A stretch of 55,529 nucleotides of DNA. It comes from a virus (Duplodnaviria; Caudoviricetes). The position numbers were made by a program, and so were the translations under genes. The stretch spans positions 1 to 55,529 of the IMG/VR virus record IMGVR_UViG_3300019871_000002; one strand, given 5' to 3'. Positions 17,948 to 27,542 of the stretch are shown here, one piece after another. How positions within the stretch are numbered: position 1 is the first letter of the stretch; every line of letters starts with the position of its first letter. The notes under the pieces were generated by a model that saw only the letters and a list, made by a program, of their open reading frames with translations, was not told where the DNA came from and did not search any database.

Positions 17948-18415
17948 TTAAAATTGCAGAACGTAAGTGAGCTGGTAGTTCATGCGGATCGTACCGCCTA
18001 AAACTGAACCAGATTTTAGATCAGTGGTCGTGGAGTAATACACGATGGTTCCATTTGGCCCGATCAAGCCCCGTAGCGTCGCATCGTTCGCGATGGCCGC
18101 ATATAGTTTGAAACGGAGAGCGTTGACCTGTTGCCCGACTTGATCATTCTGCGGGCGCGCTTCCGGTAGGAGGAAATACATCTCAGGAGTCATCGTCATG
18201 AGCTGTGGTGTGACGCCCCCGTAGTTTGAACGCGAGGGCGGGCCGAGCTTGGTGGGAAGCTCGTCCCCATCAAGTAGAACGAAGGCGGGGCGGTCATCAG
18301 TTGACAGCAGACCGCTGTTGCGTCGCTTCGTCTTGACTCCGTCGATCGTGGAGCCGATCGCGAACAGCTGCGCTAGAATGAGTTCGCGTTTGTCAACCAG
18401 GTCTGGCATGTTCAT
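17948..18415 (-). CDS. tail terminator-like protein
   Basis: KRELILAQL...RPAFVLLDGDE. Directly upstream of the tail tube gene with an ATGA overlap. Confidence 0.6.
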   Translation of the reverse strand: MNMPDLVDKRELILAQLFAIGSTIDGVKTKRRNSGLLSTDDRPAFVLLDGDELPTKLGPPSRSNYGGVTPQLMTMTPEMYFLLPEARPQNDQVGQQVNALRFKLYAAIANDATLRGLIGPNGTIVYYSTTTDLKSGSVLGGTIRMNYQLTYVLQF

Positions 18416-19767
18416 AGCATCCATACTATTTGAGGGTGCGGTGGTGGGGCGGCGGCAGCAGCGACCTGAAAACCATGCGTAGCTGCGATCCAGCCCAGAA
18501 AAGAAGATGGAGAACTTACTAGCTGATCCGCTGCCAATGGTACGTGATTGACTCGCTTGGTGCCGACCCACAAGTTATTTGTGAAAGTGGCGTTTGGAGA
18601 TCGGTAGGCTTCCAAGAAACCATGCGCGGTGTCCGGGAGCAAGCTACTGGCGGCTGTGCTATCTCGGCCGCACGTCATGCCAATGATAATTTGCGAGGAC
18701 GCCGTACTAGATATGCCCGCGCCTACGGCGGTTGAGTTGTCAATTGCGGTCTTGGCAGTGGTGGAGCTATGAAACGACGTCGCGTCGAATTGTACCGTGG
18801 CCGAACCATGAACGCCTCCCGGGACAACGATCACGACGGCGGCTGGCTGCACCACCAGCCCCGCACCGCTGGTCGTAAAAGTAGAGGTCAGTGTCTCCCC
18901 GTTGATGTCGCGCGATGCTTGCATCTCGTCTAGGAAGCACCCGGTGATCGCGCCATCGTTGGCAGAGGTCCCGGACACAAATTGTGTTACAGCTCCAGAA
19001 CTTCCTCCGGAGAGTGTATGAGCCGCCGCAGGAAAACCGGCCGTGACGGTGGCAGACCACGCTATTAATATCAAGTCTCCAGATTTCGCTGTCACTGTGT
19101 TCGTGACCGGATTAGGATTAGCGGTCGCTGATGATTGGTTCGCGAAGGTCTTTAGAGCCACGATCGATGGGTCGAAGTCCCATGATGCGAAGCCTGCGGG
19201 CATCGCAGTCACGAACGGCCCAGTGAAGTTAGCTGTCATGGGCTGGCCGACGCTGCCCCCGCCACCCCAGCCAAAGAAGGGAACAAGCGGCGTCGCTGTG
19301 ATAGACAAGCCACCAACGTTGGTGGCGGGATCTGCTCCTGCGGTGGGTTGGTTCCAAGGACCAGCCTTGGTGATATTCTTGAACCAGACCTTCATATGGT
19401 CCAAGTCGACAGCGACGCCGATAACATCGGTCGCAGACGGGGACCCATTGATAGTGACGCCGGTGTTCGATCCACTTATAAAGATCGCGCCAGAGCCGCC
19501 TTGATATAGACCGACACCACCCCCGCCGCCCCCGACCGTGACTTGGTTCGCGATGGTCGATGAAGGCGTGTTGAGACCGACGCTTGATTGCGAGCCGCCG
19601 TTGGTCGAAAGACCCCTTACCTCGAAATACCACTTGCCTGAGGACTTGGCGTCGGCTGCGAAGCCCTTACAGCCGGAGGGATTTGCGGTCGAGGTGTTTG
19701 TGCCGGTCAGGCCGCCGTTCGATAGCGTGACGTTGATAGCGGTAGACGGATCGAACTGGATAGTCAT
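18412..19767 (-). CDS. SPRY/B30.2-domain fibre-tip protein
   Basis: TLSNGGLT...KSSGKWYFEV...VIGVAVDLD...VWF, followed by a Ser/Thr/Ala-rich beta domain. Confidence 0.75.
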   Translation of the reverse strand: MTIQFDPSTAINVTLSNGGLTGTNTSTANPSGCKGFAADAKSSGKWYFEVRGLSTNGGSQSSVGLNTPSSTIANQVTVGGGGGGVGLYQGGSGAIFISGSNTGVTINGSPSATDVIGVAVDLDHMKVWFKNITKAGPWNQPTAGADPATNVGGLSITATPLVPFFGWGGGGSVGQPMTANFTGPFVTAMPAGFASWDFDPSIVALKTFANQSSATANPNPVTNTVTAKSGDLILIAWSATVTAGFPAAAHTLSGGSSGAVTQFVSGTSANDGAITGCFLDEMQASRDINGETLTSTFTTSGAGLVVQPAAVVIVVPGGVHGSATVQFDATSFHSSTTAKTAIDNSTAVGAGISSTASSQIIIGMTCGRDSTAASSLLPDTAHGFLEAYRSPNATFTNNLWVGTKRVNHVPLAADQLVSSPSSFLGWIAATHGFQVAAAAAPPPHPQIVWML

Positions 19768-19768
19768 A

Positions 19769-21583
19769 TCAGCGACTCCCTAGCAGATACCAATCGATAT
19801 CGGCCATGGTCGTGTCAATGGCGGCTGGCCCCGTGACGGTCATGACGTCTCCGATCGCCCAAGCAACGGCCGAACTAACCACTGTCGCGGTCGCGCTACC
19901 AGCTGCATAAGTGACCGTCACAACCGTGGTGCCATTTTGCTTGATCAGGAACACGGCGCTCGCGGTTGGGGCCGTGCCGCATTCAAACTTAGAGCCGACC
20001 ATATTTGCCGGCCAATTAAAAGCTCTTCCGAGCTTCGTGCGGAACATCAGCTGCGTCGCGGCTACGATCTTGCCGGGGAAGAACATCATCGCATCTGCGA
20101 CATTCAGCGCGGGGGTCCCGGGTGACCCATCAGCTCCCGCTGGGCCCGGCGCACCCTTGATGTTCGAAACAGGCGAGCCCCACGACGTACCCGACCACTG
20201 GTATATGTCGTCATTCGTAGAGTTCAGGTACAGGTCATTGGTGAGCATCGTCGAGATGCCGGAAGATGTTGGCACACCAGCGTGTACGAACCAGACCGAT
20301 CCGCGTACACCATCTGCCCCGGGAGCGCCATCAGTACCATCAGTACCATCCGTTCCGGGAGCACCGTCAGCACCCGCAGGTCCAGCCGCACCCGGCTCAC
20401 CCTGATCACCTTTCACGCCCTGAGGGCCGGGGTCTCCCTGATCGCCTTTCAGCGACCCGAGGTCTTCCCAAGCTCCGGCCACTTTATTGAAAAGATGCTT
20501 TGAGGTGGTTTGGAAGTACTCGTCTCCGTCATTCCCCAGCGACGGATCAGGATCGACTGAACCGACGATGATCGTCGCGCCATTCGCACCATCCGCCCCC
20601 GGTGTGCCCGTGTCACCCTTGTCGCCTTTCGGACCTGCGACTCCGGGATCACCTTGATCTCCTTTGGCTCCGGTTGCTCCTCGTAAGTCTCCTTCGTCGG
20701 CCCACGCTCCTGCGGACTTGAAGAAGAGGTGCTGTCCAACTGAGTCGAAGGCAACATCCCCATTGTTGCCAAGACTGGGGGATGGAGTGCCGGAGGTGAT
20801 ACGGATGGTAGCGCCGTCTTGTCCGACAATGCCATCCGCGCCTTTAATATTTCCTTTAGCGACCCATGTTCCCGCAACCTTCGAGTAGTACTCGAATGTG
20901 TCAGTAGCAATATACAAGTCGCCATTAGCGCCAAGACCATTGCTAGGAACACCAACGCCAGTGAGTATTTTAGAACCCGCCGTTCCCGCTGGACCGGGAG
21001 CGCCGTCTGACCCCGCATCTCCTGTGTCACCTTTGTCTCCCTTCAACCCTTGGACGCCTTGCGACCCAGTATCGCCTTTGTCACCCTTGAGACCAGCCGG
21101 ACCCGGAGCACCTTTGATGTTCGTTTGAAGCGTCCAGTGGCCCGACAACTTCTTGAAAATGTCGTCCGACACCGTGTCGAGGTACAGCTGATTGTCGATA
21201 CCAAGGGTGTCGGCTGGTGCTCCTGCACCCGTGAGGATGTCGGTCTCGCCCCCGATCACGACCGTACCGTCTTTGCCTGCGGGGCCCTGTTCACCCGGCA
21301 CGCCCTGCCCACCGCGGATATCGACGGCGTCTGCGATGTCAGCCACCTCGCCCGTGGCCCCGATGTACGCGCCGGCTGCCGGCTTCGTACCCCCGCCTCC
21401 GGTCCAATCGACAATGCGTTGCACGTCGCGCGCACCATCTGCGACGACAGCGAGCACGGGGGTCCAGCCATCACCCCCTTGCGTGCCGGGGACTCCGATC
21501 GGATCGAGGACGACTACACCGCCAGTGGGCGGCGTCACCGTTATGACAAGAACCTTGGTATCGTTGACTGTGATGTCTACCAT
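19769..21583 (-). CDS. collagen-like fibre protein
   Basis: G-X-Y runs (GPAGLKGDKGDTG...) alternate with five copies of a ~43-aa ILTGxGxP..LG.xGDxY...W...NIKG module. Confidence 0.88.
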   Translation of the reverse strand: MVDITVNDTKVLVITVTPPTGGVVVLDPIGVPGTQGGDGWTPVLAVVADGARDVQRIVDWTGGGGTKPAAGAYIGATGEVADIADAVDIRGGQGVPGEQGPAGKDGTVVIGGETDILTGAGAPADTLGIDNQLYLDTVSDDIFKKLSGHWTLQTNIKGAPGPAGLKGDKGDTGSQGVQGLKGDKGDTGDAGSDGAPGPAGTAGSKILTGVGVPSNGLGANGDLYIATDTFEYYSKVAGTWVAKGNIKGADGIVGQDGATIRITSGTPSPSLGNNGDVAFDSVGQHLFFKSAGAWADEGDLRGATGAKGDQGDPGVAGPKGDKGDTGTPGADGANGATIIVGSVDPDPSLGNDGDEYFQTTSKHLFNKVAGAWEDLGSLKGDQGDPGPQGVKGDQGEPGAAGPAGADGAPGTDGTDGTDGAPGADGVRGSVWFVHAGVPTSSGISTMLTNDLYLNSTNDDIYQWSGTSWGSPVSNIKGAPGPAGADGSPGTPALNVADAMMFFPGKIVAATQLMFRTKLGRAFNWPANMVGSKFECGTAPTASAVFLIKQNGTTVVTVTYAAGSATATVVSSAVAWAIGDVMTVTGPAAIDTTMADIDWYLLGSR

Positions 21584-21585
21584 GA

Positions 21586-21975
21586 TCAGGACGCCACTTC
21601 TTCGTCGTCATTGAGACCGCCGATTGCGGCGATCGTTCCCAAGAGGTAGACCTGCTCGTCAAGGCCGTTGCGCACCTCGACCTCGTAAGAGTTCTTGCCC
21701 GTGGTGCCATCGTTCGGGGTCTGCGTCAACGATCGCGTTTGAAACGAGGTCGGGATAAACGACACGTCGCCCGGCGCGTTCTGCAACACGGTGCCGGGGT
21801 TGCCGGTCGTGTCGAGGTCTTGCGTGATCGACAAACGAAACGCCAGCGTCTTGCCTTTGTAGACCGACAGGCGAATGTCATCGTAGGGAATTGCCACGTT
21901 ATCGACCATGAAGGACAGACGAAGCGGCGTCGTCGACCCCCGTACCCAAGTGAAGTCATATGTTGCCGGTGTCAT
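21586..21975 (-). CDS. BppU-like fibre-anchoring protein
   Basis: YDFTWVRGST...YEVEV...YLLGTI pattern, directly upstream of the fibre gene. Confidence 0.55.
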   Translation of the reverse strand: MTPATYDFTWVRGSTTPLRLSFMVDNVAIPYDDIRLSVYKGKTLAFRLSITQDLDTTGNPGTVLQNAPGDVSFIPTSFQTRSLTQTPNDGTTGKNSYEVEVRNGLDEQVYLLGTIAAIGGLNDDEEVAS

Positions 21976-21977
21976 GA

Positions 21978-22673
21978 TTACCCTCCGGAGTCCGTGCCAG
22001 TGTGATCGATCATTTTGTGGTTGATGGTATCGATAATGTATATGTCCGTTGTGACCCGCGTTCGCAGCGTGTCGGGTTTTGTGCTATCGAAACCTATATC
22101 GCTGCCACCCGCGACCGTGAAAGCTTTGCTGTTCGGAGGTGTCACCGCAAGCAGGGTTTTCTTTATCGTAAAATTATCGACCTCGCTGGAAGCCGATGAA
22201 CCTGCGCTGTTACTTCCTGTGGTTGTGAACGTTCCGATGGCCTGTGCCATATTCCGCGCGTTGACTTCTAGGTTCTTACTTAGAAGCCCATTATCTTTAG
22301 ACGGAAGTATCATCGTGACGGCAGTGGCGATTTTTAGCAAGGTGCTCGTTTTGGGATCGTTACTGCTATGCACCGATAACACGGTGATCGGTCCCTTTTG
22401 CAAGTCTTTCAAACTGAACAACGTGCTGATATCAAAATCATCGCTAGAGACCTGCACCGTCTTGCCAGCACTCGGGCCAGATGCGGAGCCGACGCCGGCA
22501 GCTACAGCGAATAAGTTATCACCGAGACTTGTAAAGCTCGAGCCGCCGACAATGGCCCCGTGATTCCCACGCATTGTCACGCTGGCGGACATCTGCAATA
22601 TCCAAAGGCCGTTAAAAGAGACCGAAGAGATCCGTGACTTCGTGTCTTGCTGCAGGTTTGTAGGTGCGACCAT
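21978..22673 (-). CDS. hypothetical Ser/Thr-rich virion protein
   Basis: 231-aa ORF in the structural operon, TAATG-coupled. Confidence 0.6.
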   Translation of the reverse strand: MVAPTNLQQDTKSRISSVSFNGLWILQMSASVTMRGNHGAIVGGSSFTSLGDNLFAVAAGVGSASGPSAGKTVQVSSDDFDISTLFSLKDLQKGPITVLSVHSSNDPKTSTLLKIATAVTMILPSKDNGLLSKNLEVNARNMAQAIGTFTTTGSNSAGSSASSEVDNFTIKKTLLAVTPPNSKAFTVAGGSDIGFDSTKPDTLRTRVTTDIYIIDTINHKMIDHTGTDSGG

Positions 22674-23011
22674 TAGACTGCGGGTCCCGCGTACATCGTG
22701 ATAGCAGTCCAGAACACAGTCGTGCCGTCAGGCGTCGGGCCCGACACTGGCAGAATGATGCGGAACAACTGGCCCTTGAACTGAATGATGTCCTGCTCGT
22801 GATCGGGGCCGGTCACGAGGTCGAATGCTGATATTGCGAACTTGTTCGAGCCGTCAACATACAAGCCGCGCTCGGTCGGCTTGATCTCCATGCGCGCGAT
22901 CGTGCAGGGGCGCTTCGCTTGCGATCGAATGAGGAAGCCGTTCTTGGCCTTACCGCCCCACCGCACGATCATTTGGTGGGCGTCTCTTTGTAGTCGCTTG
23001 GTGTCGGGCAT
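22673..23011 (-). CDS. head closure/head-tail joining protein
   Basis: 112 aa after the adaptor, with a GPTPDGT motif. Confidence 0.6.
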   Translation of the reverse strand: MPDTKRLQRDAHQMIVRWGGKAKNGFLIRSQAKRPCTIARMEIKPTERGLYVDGSNKFAISAFDLVTGPDHEQDIIQFKGQLFRIILPVSGPTPDGTTVFWTAITMYAGPAV

Positions 23012-23400
23012 TAGATTGCCACCACGCCGGGCTTGTTGCGTATGGCCATCTGCAGGAAGCGGCGACCATAGACTGTAGTGCCGAACATGTCAGACGACGC
23101 GATTGCGCTAGAGGAGCCGCCTTGTCGATATGAGACCGACATGCCCCCGAAGCTTTCGGAGGCGATCATGTTCGAGCCGAGGTCACCGATCTCCGGCTCG
23201 TCTCCCGCCGTCGTGTTGTCGGTGGCGAACAGATGGGCGGCAAGGTACATGATGGCCGGTTGATAGTCGGTCTCGATCCAGGTGTTGTCTACGGAGTTCG
23301 CGGCCTCCGCAATTATGGCTGTGATCGTGTCGGCATCCGCGTCCTCGAAAATGGGGAAGCGCGCGAAGAACTGATCACTCGTTGGCAACGTGAAGGGCAT
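23011..23400 (-). CDS. head-tail adaptor (DUF4054-like)
   Basis: FFARFPIF, YLAAHL, SESFGGMSVSY, TTVYGRRF. Confidence 0.82.
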   Translation of the reverse strand: MPFTLPTSDQFFARFPIFEDADADTITAIIAEAANSVDNTWIETDYQPAIMYLAAHLFATDNTTAGDEPEIGDLGSNMIASESFGGMSVSYRQGGSSSAIASSDMFGTTVYGRRFLQMAIRNKPGVVAI

Positions 23401-23507
23401 ACGTCAATTCTCCTCGATTTGAAGGGGCCGTCCCTTGGAGCAGGGCCGGCAGCGATTGATTTGGGGACGTGCCCCGATGCATCGTGCGTTCGCAGGGGCC
23501 AGCCGCC

Positions 23508-24278
23508 CTACGCCTCGATTTTGACACGCTTCTTTTTGCGGGTCTTCGAAACTGTTTTGTCGCTCGATCGAGCGTGGGGTTTCTCCTCCGCCGGGGGCTT
23601 GTTCGTAAGAGGCTTCTTCGCGGCCTCCGCCAAGAATGCCGTGACCGCGGCCTCATTGTCGTGCCACGTCTTGCCTTCGTCGATCGAGAACTTGCCGTCC
23701 ACAGACTTCAGGCCGGGCAGGCCGTCGATCAGGCACGGGACAGGGGCGATCACATCCTTGAGCACGCCGTCGCTGTTGTCGTCTTTCGTGCGATCGGGGG
23801 CCGGCGGGCGCTGTTCGGTCGGCTTGTTCGCAGGAGTCGGCGTACGGCGCGGGTCGTCCTTTGACGGCACCTGCTCTTTGATCACAACCTTCTGCGCCTT
23901 GAATGCGACATCCTTGAGCAGCAACGAAAGCTGGCCGCGTGTCGGGCGCTGCTGACCAACGGCCTCGGCTCCAACCAACGCAATCGTGCGTGTCAGGATC
24001 GAGTCGTAGTCCTCAGTCGTGATCTTCGACAGGATCGACAGGCACTCTTTGGTCTGATTGTCGAGCTCGGTGCTGGTCTCGAACACGCACAGCGGATCGG
24101 TCGCCATCGCCTTGCGAATGAAGCGGATCGTGACATCGGGCAGGCACGCACGCTTCACTTCACCCGGCTGCACGCGCACGGGTCGTTGATCGATGTCGAG
24201 AATAATGCGGAGATTGTCGCCGAAGTTCACGAGCGCGCAGTTCGCTTCGGGCAGTTGACGCTTTGCAAGCGGATCCAT
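23508..24278 (-). CDS. hypothetical protein with low-complexity basic tail
   Basis: 256 aa with AAGGA SD. Ends KKKRVKIEA. Confidence 0.7.
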   Translation of the reverse strand: MDPLAKRQLPEANCALVNFGDNLRIILDIDQRPVRVQPGEVKRACLPDVTIRFIRKAMATDPLCVFETSTELDNQTKECLSILSKITTEDYDSILTRTIALVGAEAVGQQRPTRGQLSLLLKDVAFKAQKVVIKEQVPSKDDPRRTPTPANKPTEQRPPAPDRTKDDNSDGVLKDVIAPVPCLIDGLPGLKSVDGKFSIDEGKTWHDNEAAVTAFLAEAAKKPLTNKPPAEEKPHARSSDKTVSKTRKKKRVKIEA

Positions 24279-24322
24279 TTTGATATCCTTTGACCCTCAG
24301 GTCGGTTTGATTGAAGAGCAGC

Positions 24323-24350
24323 CCCCGCGCATAGGGAAGTATGCGCGGGG
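24323..24350 (-). terminator. hairpin downstream of the major capsid gene
   Basis: CCCCGCGCATA-GGGAAG-TATGCGCGGGG, an 11-bp stem with a weak U-tract. Confidence 0.6.
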
Positions 24351-24383
24351 ACCTCTCACGTGTGCTCAGACTATTGGGACGTC

Positions 24384-25343
24384 TTAGCTGAGCTCGTCGG
24401 CGGTCAGGATACCGTCGACGTACCGCACGGAGCCCGGGCGCCGGATCTCCAGACCCGCGAGTCGGAAGATGCCCGGAACGTCGAACACCATCGGTCCGGT
24501 CTGGAAGACAGGCAGGAACTGATGCGGCATCGGGATGTGCATCTTCAGGATTTGGGGATCCCGACGATATGCGATCATACGGCCCGATCCACCCTGACCA
24601 GCAGTCTCAAGACCGCGAACGCCGCGGATCGTGAGGGGTTGACCGGTGGTGAGGGTGTACACGTTCTTGGTCATGATGTAATCCAGAGCACTGATTGCAG
24701 TGTTCGGGATACGGATCGTACCCAGCAGCGTCAGGCAGGCGACGGGCAGAAGGATGGTGTCCGCCATTTCGATCTGCAACGTGCTGACGTAGATGCCGGT
24801 GAGCGCATCATTGATATCCTTGATGATGCCGTCAGCCGACTTCAGGTTCCAGACAGTGTGGCCGGCCTCGATCGATGCGAGGACGGTCGTAATGCCCGGG
24901 TAGTTGATCAGGCCGTTCATACCCTTCTCGGCCTTACCACGAAGTGCACAATCGTCCACGAACTCTTCGTAAGCACGAGTCGCGGCCGTCGCACGATCCG
25001 CCGACAAGTTCATGCCGGGGATCATCATCGCCTGCCCGATTTCCTCGAGCGTCCAGCGATAACCGATGTCGGCCATTTCGATGCCGACCTCGTTCTTCGT
25101 GCGGTCGATGTCAGCGACGTGAATGTCTTTCGCGTAGCTGTGGAACCAACCGGCCCGACCCATCTTGTCGGAGCTGTAGTAGGTGACGGACTTCGCCCAC
25201 TGATTGGCCGACGTGTCGACCGGGATCAGATTGGGGTACTGAATATCAGGGTACTGAACCTGATAGACCTGCGTCTCGATGTACGCAGTCTGGGAAATAG
25301 CAAACCCAAGGGCCTGCTGAGCGTCTACCATTTGACGTCGCAT
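24384..25343 (-). CDS. major capsid protein (DUF2184 family, HK97 fold)
   Basis: IETQVY..QYP..IPV, GLINYP, RMIAYRRDP, GLEIRRP..VRYVDGI. Confidence 0.9.
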   Translation of the reverse strand: MRRQMVDAQQALGFAISQTAYIETQVYQVQYPDIQYPNLIPVDTSANQWAKSVTYYSSDKMGRAGWFHSYAKDIHVADIDRTKNEVGIEMADIGYRWTLEEIGQAMMIPGMNLSADRATAATRAYEEFVDDCALRGKAEKGMNGLINYPGITTVLASIEAGHTVWNLKSADGIIKDINDALTGIYVSTLQIEMADTILLPVACLTLLGTIRIPNTAISALDYIMTKNVYTLTTGQPLTIRGVRGLETAGQGGSGRMIAYRRDPQILKMHIPMPHQFLPVFQTGPMVFDVPGIFRLAGLEIRRPGSVRYVDGILTADELS

Positions 25344-25418
25344 AGTCTTTGTTCTCCTGTGCGCCCTCTAAGCGCGAATGGTTTAAGTCTGAAAAGGCCC
25401 CCTTAGGCGCCCGGTTGA

Positions 25419-25916
25419 TTACGCGTTGCCGGTGGCCTTCTTGCCAGCCGTCGCTTCGAGGATCGCAGCACCGCCGACGCCGCACGAGGTCTTGTAGCGC
25501 CATCCCGGCACGGGGCCGACAATGTTGCTGCCAGCGGCCGCCATGAACACGCCGGAGACGGTGTTGTAGAAAACATCGCCGTTCGCGACGACAGCGGCAC
25601 CCGGGGCTACCCAGATGTCACCTTCCTCGAGAACCGCCATGTTGTTCGGCGCCTGATAGTGATCGACATCGGCGAGCGCAACATCACCACGGAGGGTGAT
25701 GTCGCGAACACTGACGCCAACGAGGTGTGCGAGAGCGCCGCCGAGGACGGCACCTCCGTCGGAGAGCGCGCCCTGCCCAACGGCAAGACCGAAGCCAATG
25801 CCCGGCTCTGCGGTCTCGCAGATGCGGGAGTTGACTTTCGCCGAGTCCAAGTTCCCGGCAATGACGCCGGGTACCGGGGGGCGAATGTGCTCAGAATAGG
25901 TCGTCTGCGTGGTCAT
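25419..25916 (-). CDS. capsid decoration/cement protein
   Basis: IGFGLAV, GVSVR, VLEEGDIWV. Lies between scaffold and MCP. Confidence 0.78.
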   Translation of the reverse strand: MTTQTTYSEHIRPPVPGVIAGNLDSAKVNSRICETAEPGIGFGLAVGQGALSDGGAVLGGALAHLVGVSVRDITLRGDVALADVDHYQAPNNMAVLEEGDIWVAPGAAVVANGDVFYNTVSGVFMAAAGSNIVGPVPGWRYKTSCGVGGAAILEATAGKKATGNA

Positions 25917-25986
25917 TGTGTCAAATTCCTTTTGACAGGTTGAAGGGACTTAGAGGGCGCATTGCGCGATACTGGGTATTCATGCA

Positions 25987-26010
25987 ACCAGCGCGACTCC
26001 GCGCGCTGGT
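25987..26010 (-). other. intergenic hairpin
   Basis: ACCAGCGCG-ACTCCG-CGCGCTGGT. Confidence 0.45.
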
Positions 26011-26033
26011 CGATATCGGTATTCCGAGGACGC

Positions 26034-27542
26034 TTAGTGGGCCGGGGTCGGGCCGCCGGCAGTCTTCCAAGCGTTCTGCAAGCGCTGGTCGCGATCGTTG
26101 AGCGCCTTGTCGACCGCATCGTTCTGCTGCACGGTCGGTGCGGAGAACGCGCGGGCCGTGTCGAGGACGCCACCGCGGCCGTCGGTCGTGGTCAGCTTGG
26201 TCAGGTCGATGCCGGCAGTCAGGGTATCGAAGGACACCTTGACCTGGTCGGCGGACCAGCCCTTGGCAGCGTCGCCCAGCTTCGCGGTCACGACCTGCGA
26301 ACGAATTTCGTCGTCGGTCTTGCCGTCGATAACGAGGGTCGAAGCCTTGTCGCCCATGACGAACCGTGCCTTGTCGGCGACGACCTTGCGGTCGGCAACG
26401 AGGGCATCGAGCTTCGCAGGGGTAACGACCGCATCCTTGAGCTGCGACTCGAGGGTGGTCACCTTGGTGGAGGCCGTCGCGAGGTCGGTGGTGAGCTTTG
26501 CGATCTCACCATCCTTCGCCGCAACCACAGTGTTGTGGGTCGTCGTGGCAGTCGTGAGGCGGCCAGTGAGGTCGGTGACGCTATCGCTCAGGGTCCGGAT
26601 ATGACGCTGAATGATCTCGCCATCGTTGCCGTCGCCGACCTGCACGGTGATGCCGTCGATTACCATGGTCTTCATAGCTTTAGATCCTTCTGGGCTACGC
26701 CCCTTAGAATGATCGTCAACCGTGTGGCTGCGATCGATGAATGACAACACCGCATTGATCGCGGCAAGAATGTCCGCGTCTCCGAGTGCCGTCGCCGATG
26801 TTTGAGCGGCCAACAGATCGCTCATGTAGACTGTCCCGTCATTGAAGAACGGGAATTCCACTTTGCCGTCTTTCGCTTTCGCGACTCCTCGTGAACCCTC
26901 TGGTGCTTTGTCATGCAACGAAAGCTTACCATTCGAGATCGCCGATACCGCATCGATGATGGTCGCACGGTCAATGATGCTCGATGCAGCACCGTCGCCG
27001 ATCCTCAGGGCCGCACCACCTCGGGCCGCATCAACGACCGCAACGTGGTTCGCCGTGATATTCGATTGCACCGCGTCGTACTGGGTACCGTCAGGGGCGG
27101 TACCCGCCGTCATTGCGATGTCACAAGTGTAGCCAACAGAAAGCTCAGCCTTCCCGTCCTTGAACTTCTGGACTGCCTTCTTGTCCATCAACGCCATCGG
27201 GATGCGAATATACTCACCATCGCGAAGCACGTCGCCGGACAGCTGACCGGTCGCGTAGTCTTTCCAATTGTCCGCCGTCACCGGCACGGGCGGGTGATCG
27301 TCAGTCATCGGCTTGTATGCGAACGTCGATAACGAGGTCTGGTCGAACACTTCGGACTCGGGCCGATAGACCTTCATGACCTTGCGCGAGTCCTGACCCG
27401 TGAGGCCAAGCTCGGAGCCGTAGTACAACTGAATGCCCGTGCGTGCGATGCGCGGGGCTGCGGTCATGTAGCCGTCACGCGTGTAGTTCACATTCGACGC
27501 CTTGTCGATCACCAGCGTCTCAGTCAGGTTGCGGATAGCCAT
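26034..27542 (-). CDS. prohead protease/scaffold (DUF2213 family)
   Basis: IARTGIQLY, VYRPESEVF, TDDHP, ELSVGY, NHVAVV..ARGG..LRIGD, then a coiled-coil scaffold. ATG at 27542. Confidence 0.88.
   Translation of the reverse strand: MAIRNLTETLVIDKASNVNYTRDGYMTAAPRIARTGIQLYYGSELGLTGQDSRKVMKVYRPESEVFDQTSLSTFAYKPMTDDHPPVPVTADNWKDYATGQLSGDVLRDGEYIRIPMALMDKKAVQKFKDGKAELSVGYTCDIAMTAGTAPDGTQYDAVQSNITANHVAVVDAARGGAALRIGDGAASSIIDRATIIDAVSAISNGKLSLHDKAPEGSRGVAKAKDGKVEFPFFNDGTVYMSDLLAAQTSATALGDADILAAINAVLSFIDRSHTVDDHSKGRSPEGSKAMKTMVIDGITVQVGDGNDGEIIQRHIRTLSDSVTDLTGRLTTATTTHNTVVAAKDGEIAKLTTDLATASTKVTTLESQLKDAVVTPAKLDALVADRKVVADKARFVMGDKASTLVIDGKTDDEIRSQVVTAKLGDAAKGWSADQVKVSFDTLTAGIDLTKLTTTDGRGGVLDTARAFSAPTVQQNDAVDKALNDRDQRLQNAWKTAGGPTPAH

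Noticed and set aside
19769-21583. Repeats considered as a CRISPR array or a DGR template/variable repeat pair
   Set aside because: The repeats are protein-level and degenerate at the DNA level. No spacer pattern or reverse transcriptase is present.
24360-25406. 348-aa plus-strand ORF, and similar long antisense ORFs (25962..26744, 31087..31980, 35031..35762, 50357..51211)
   Set aside because: They lie opposite well-supported genes in GC-rich DNA and have no motifs.
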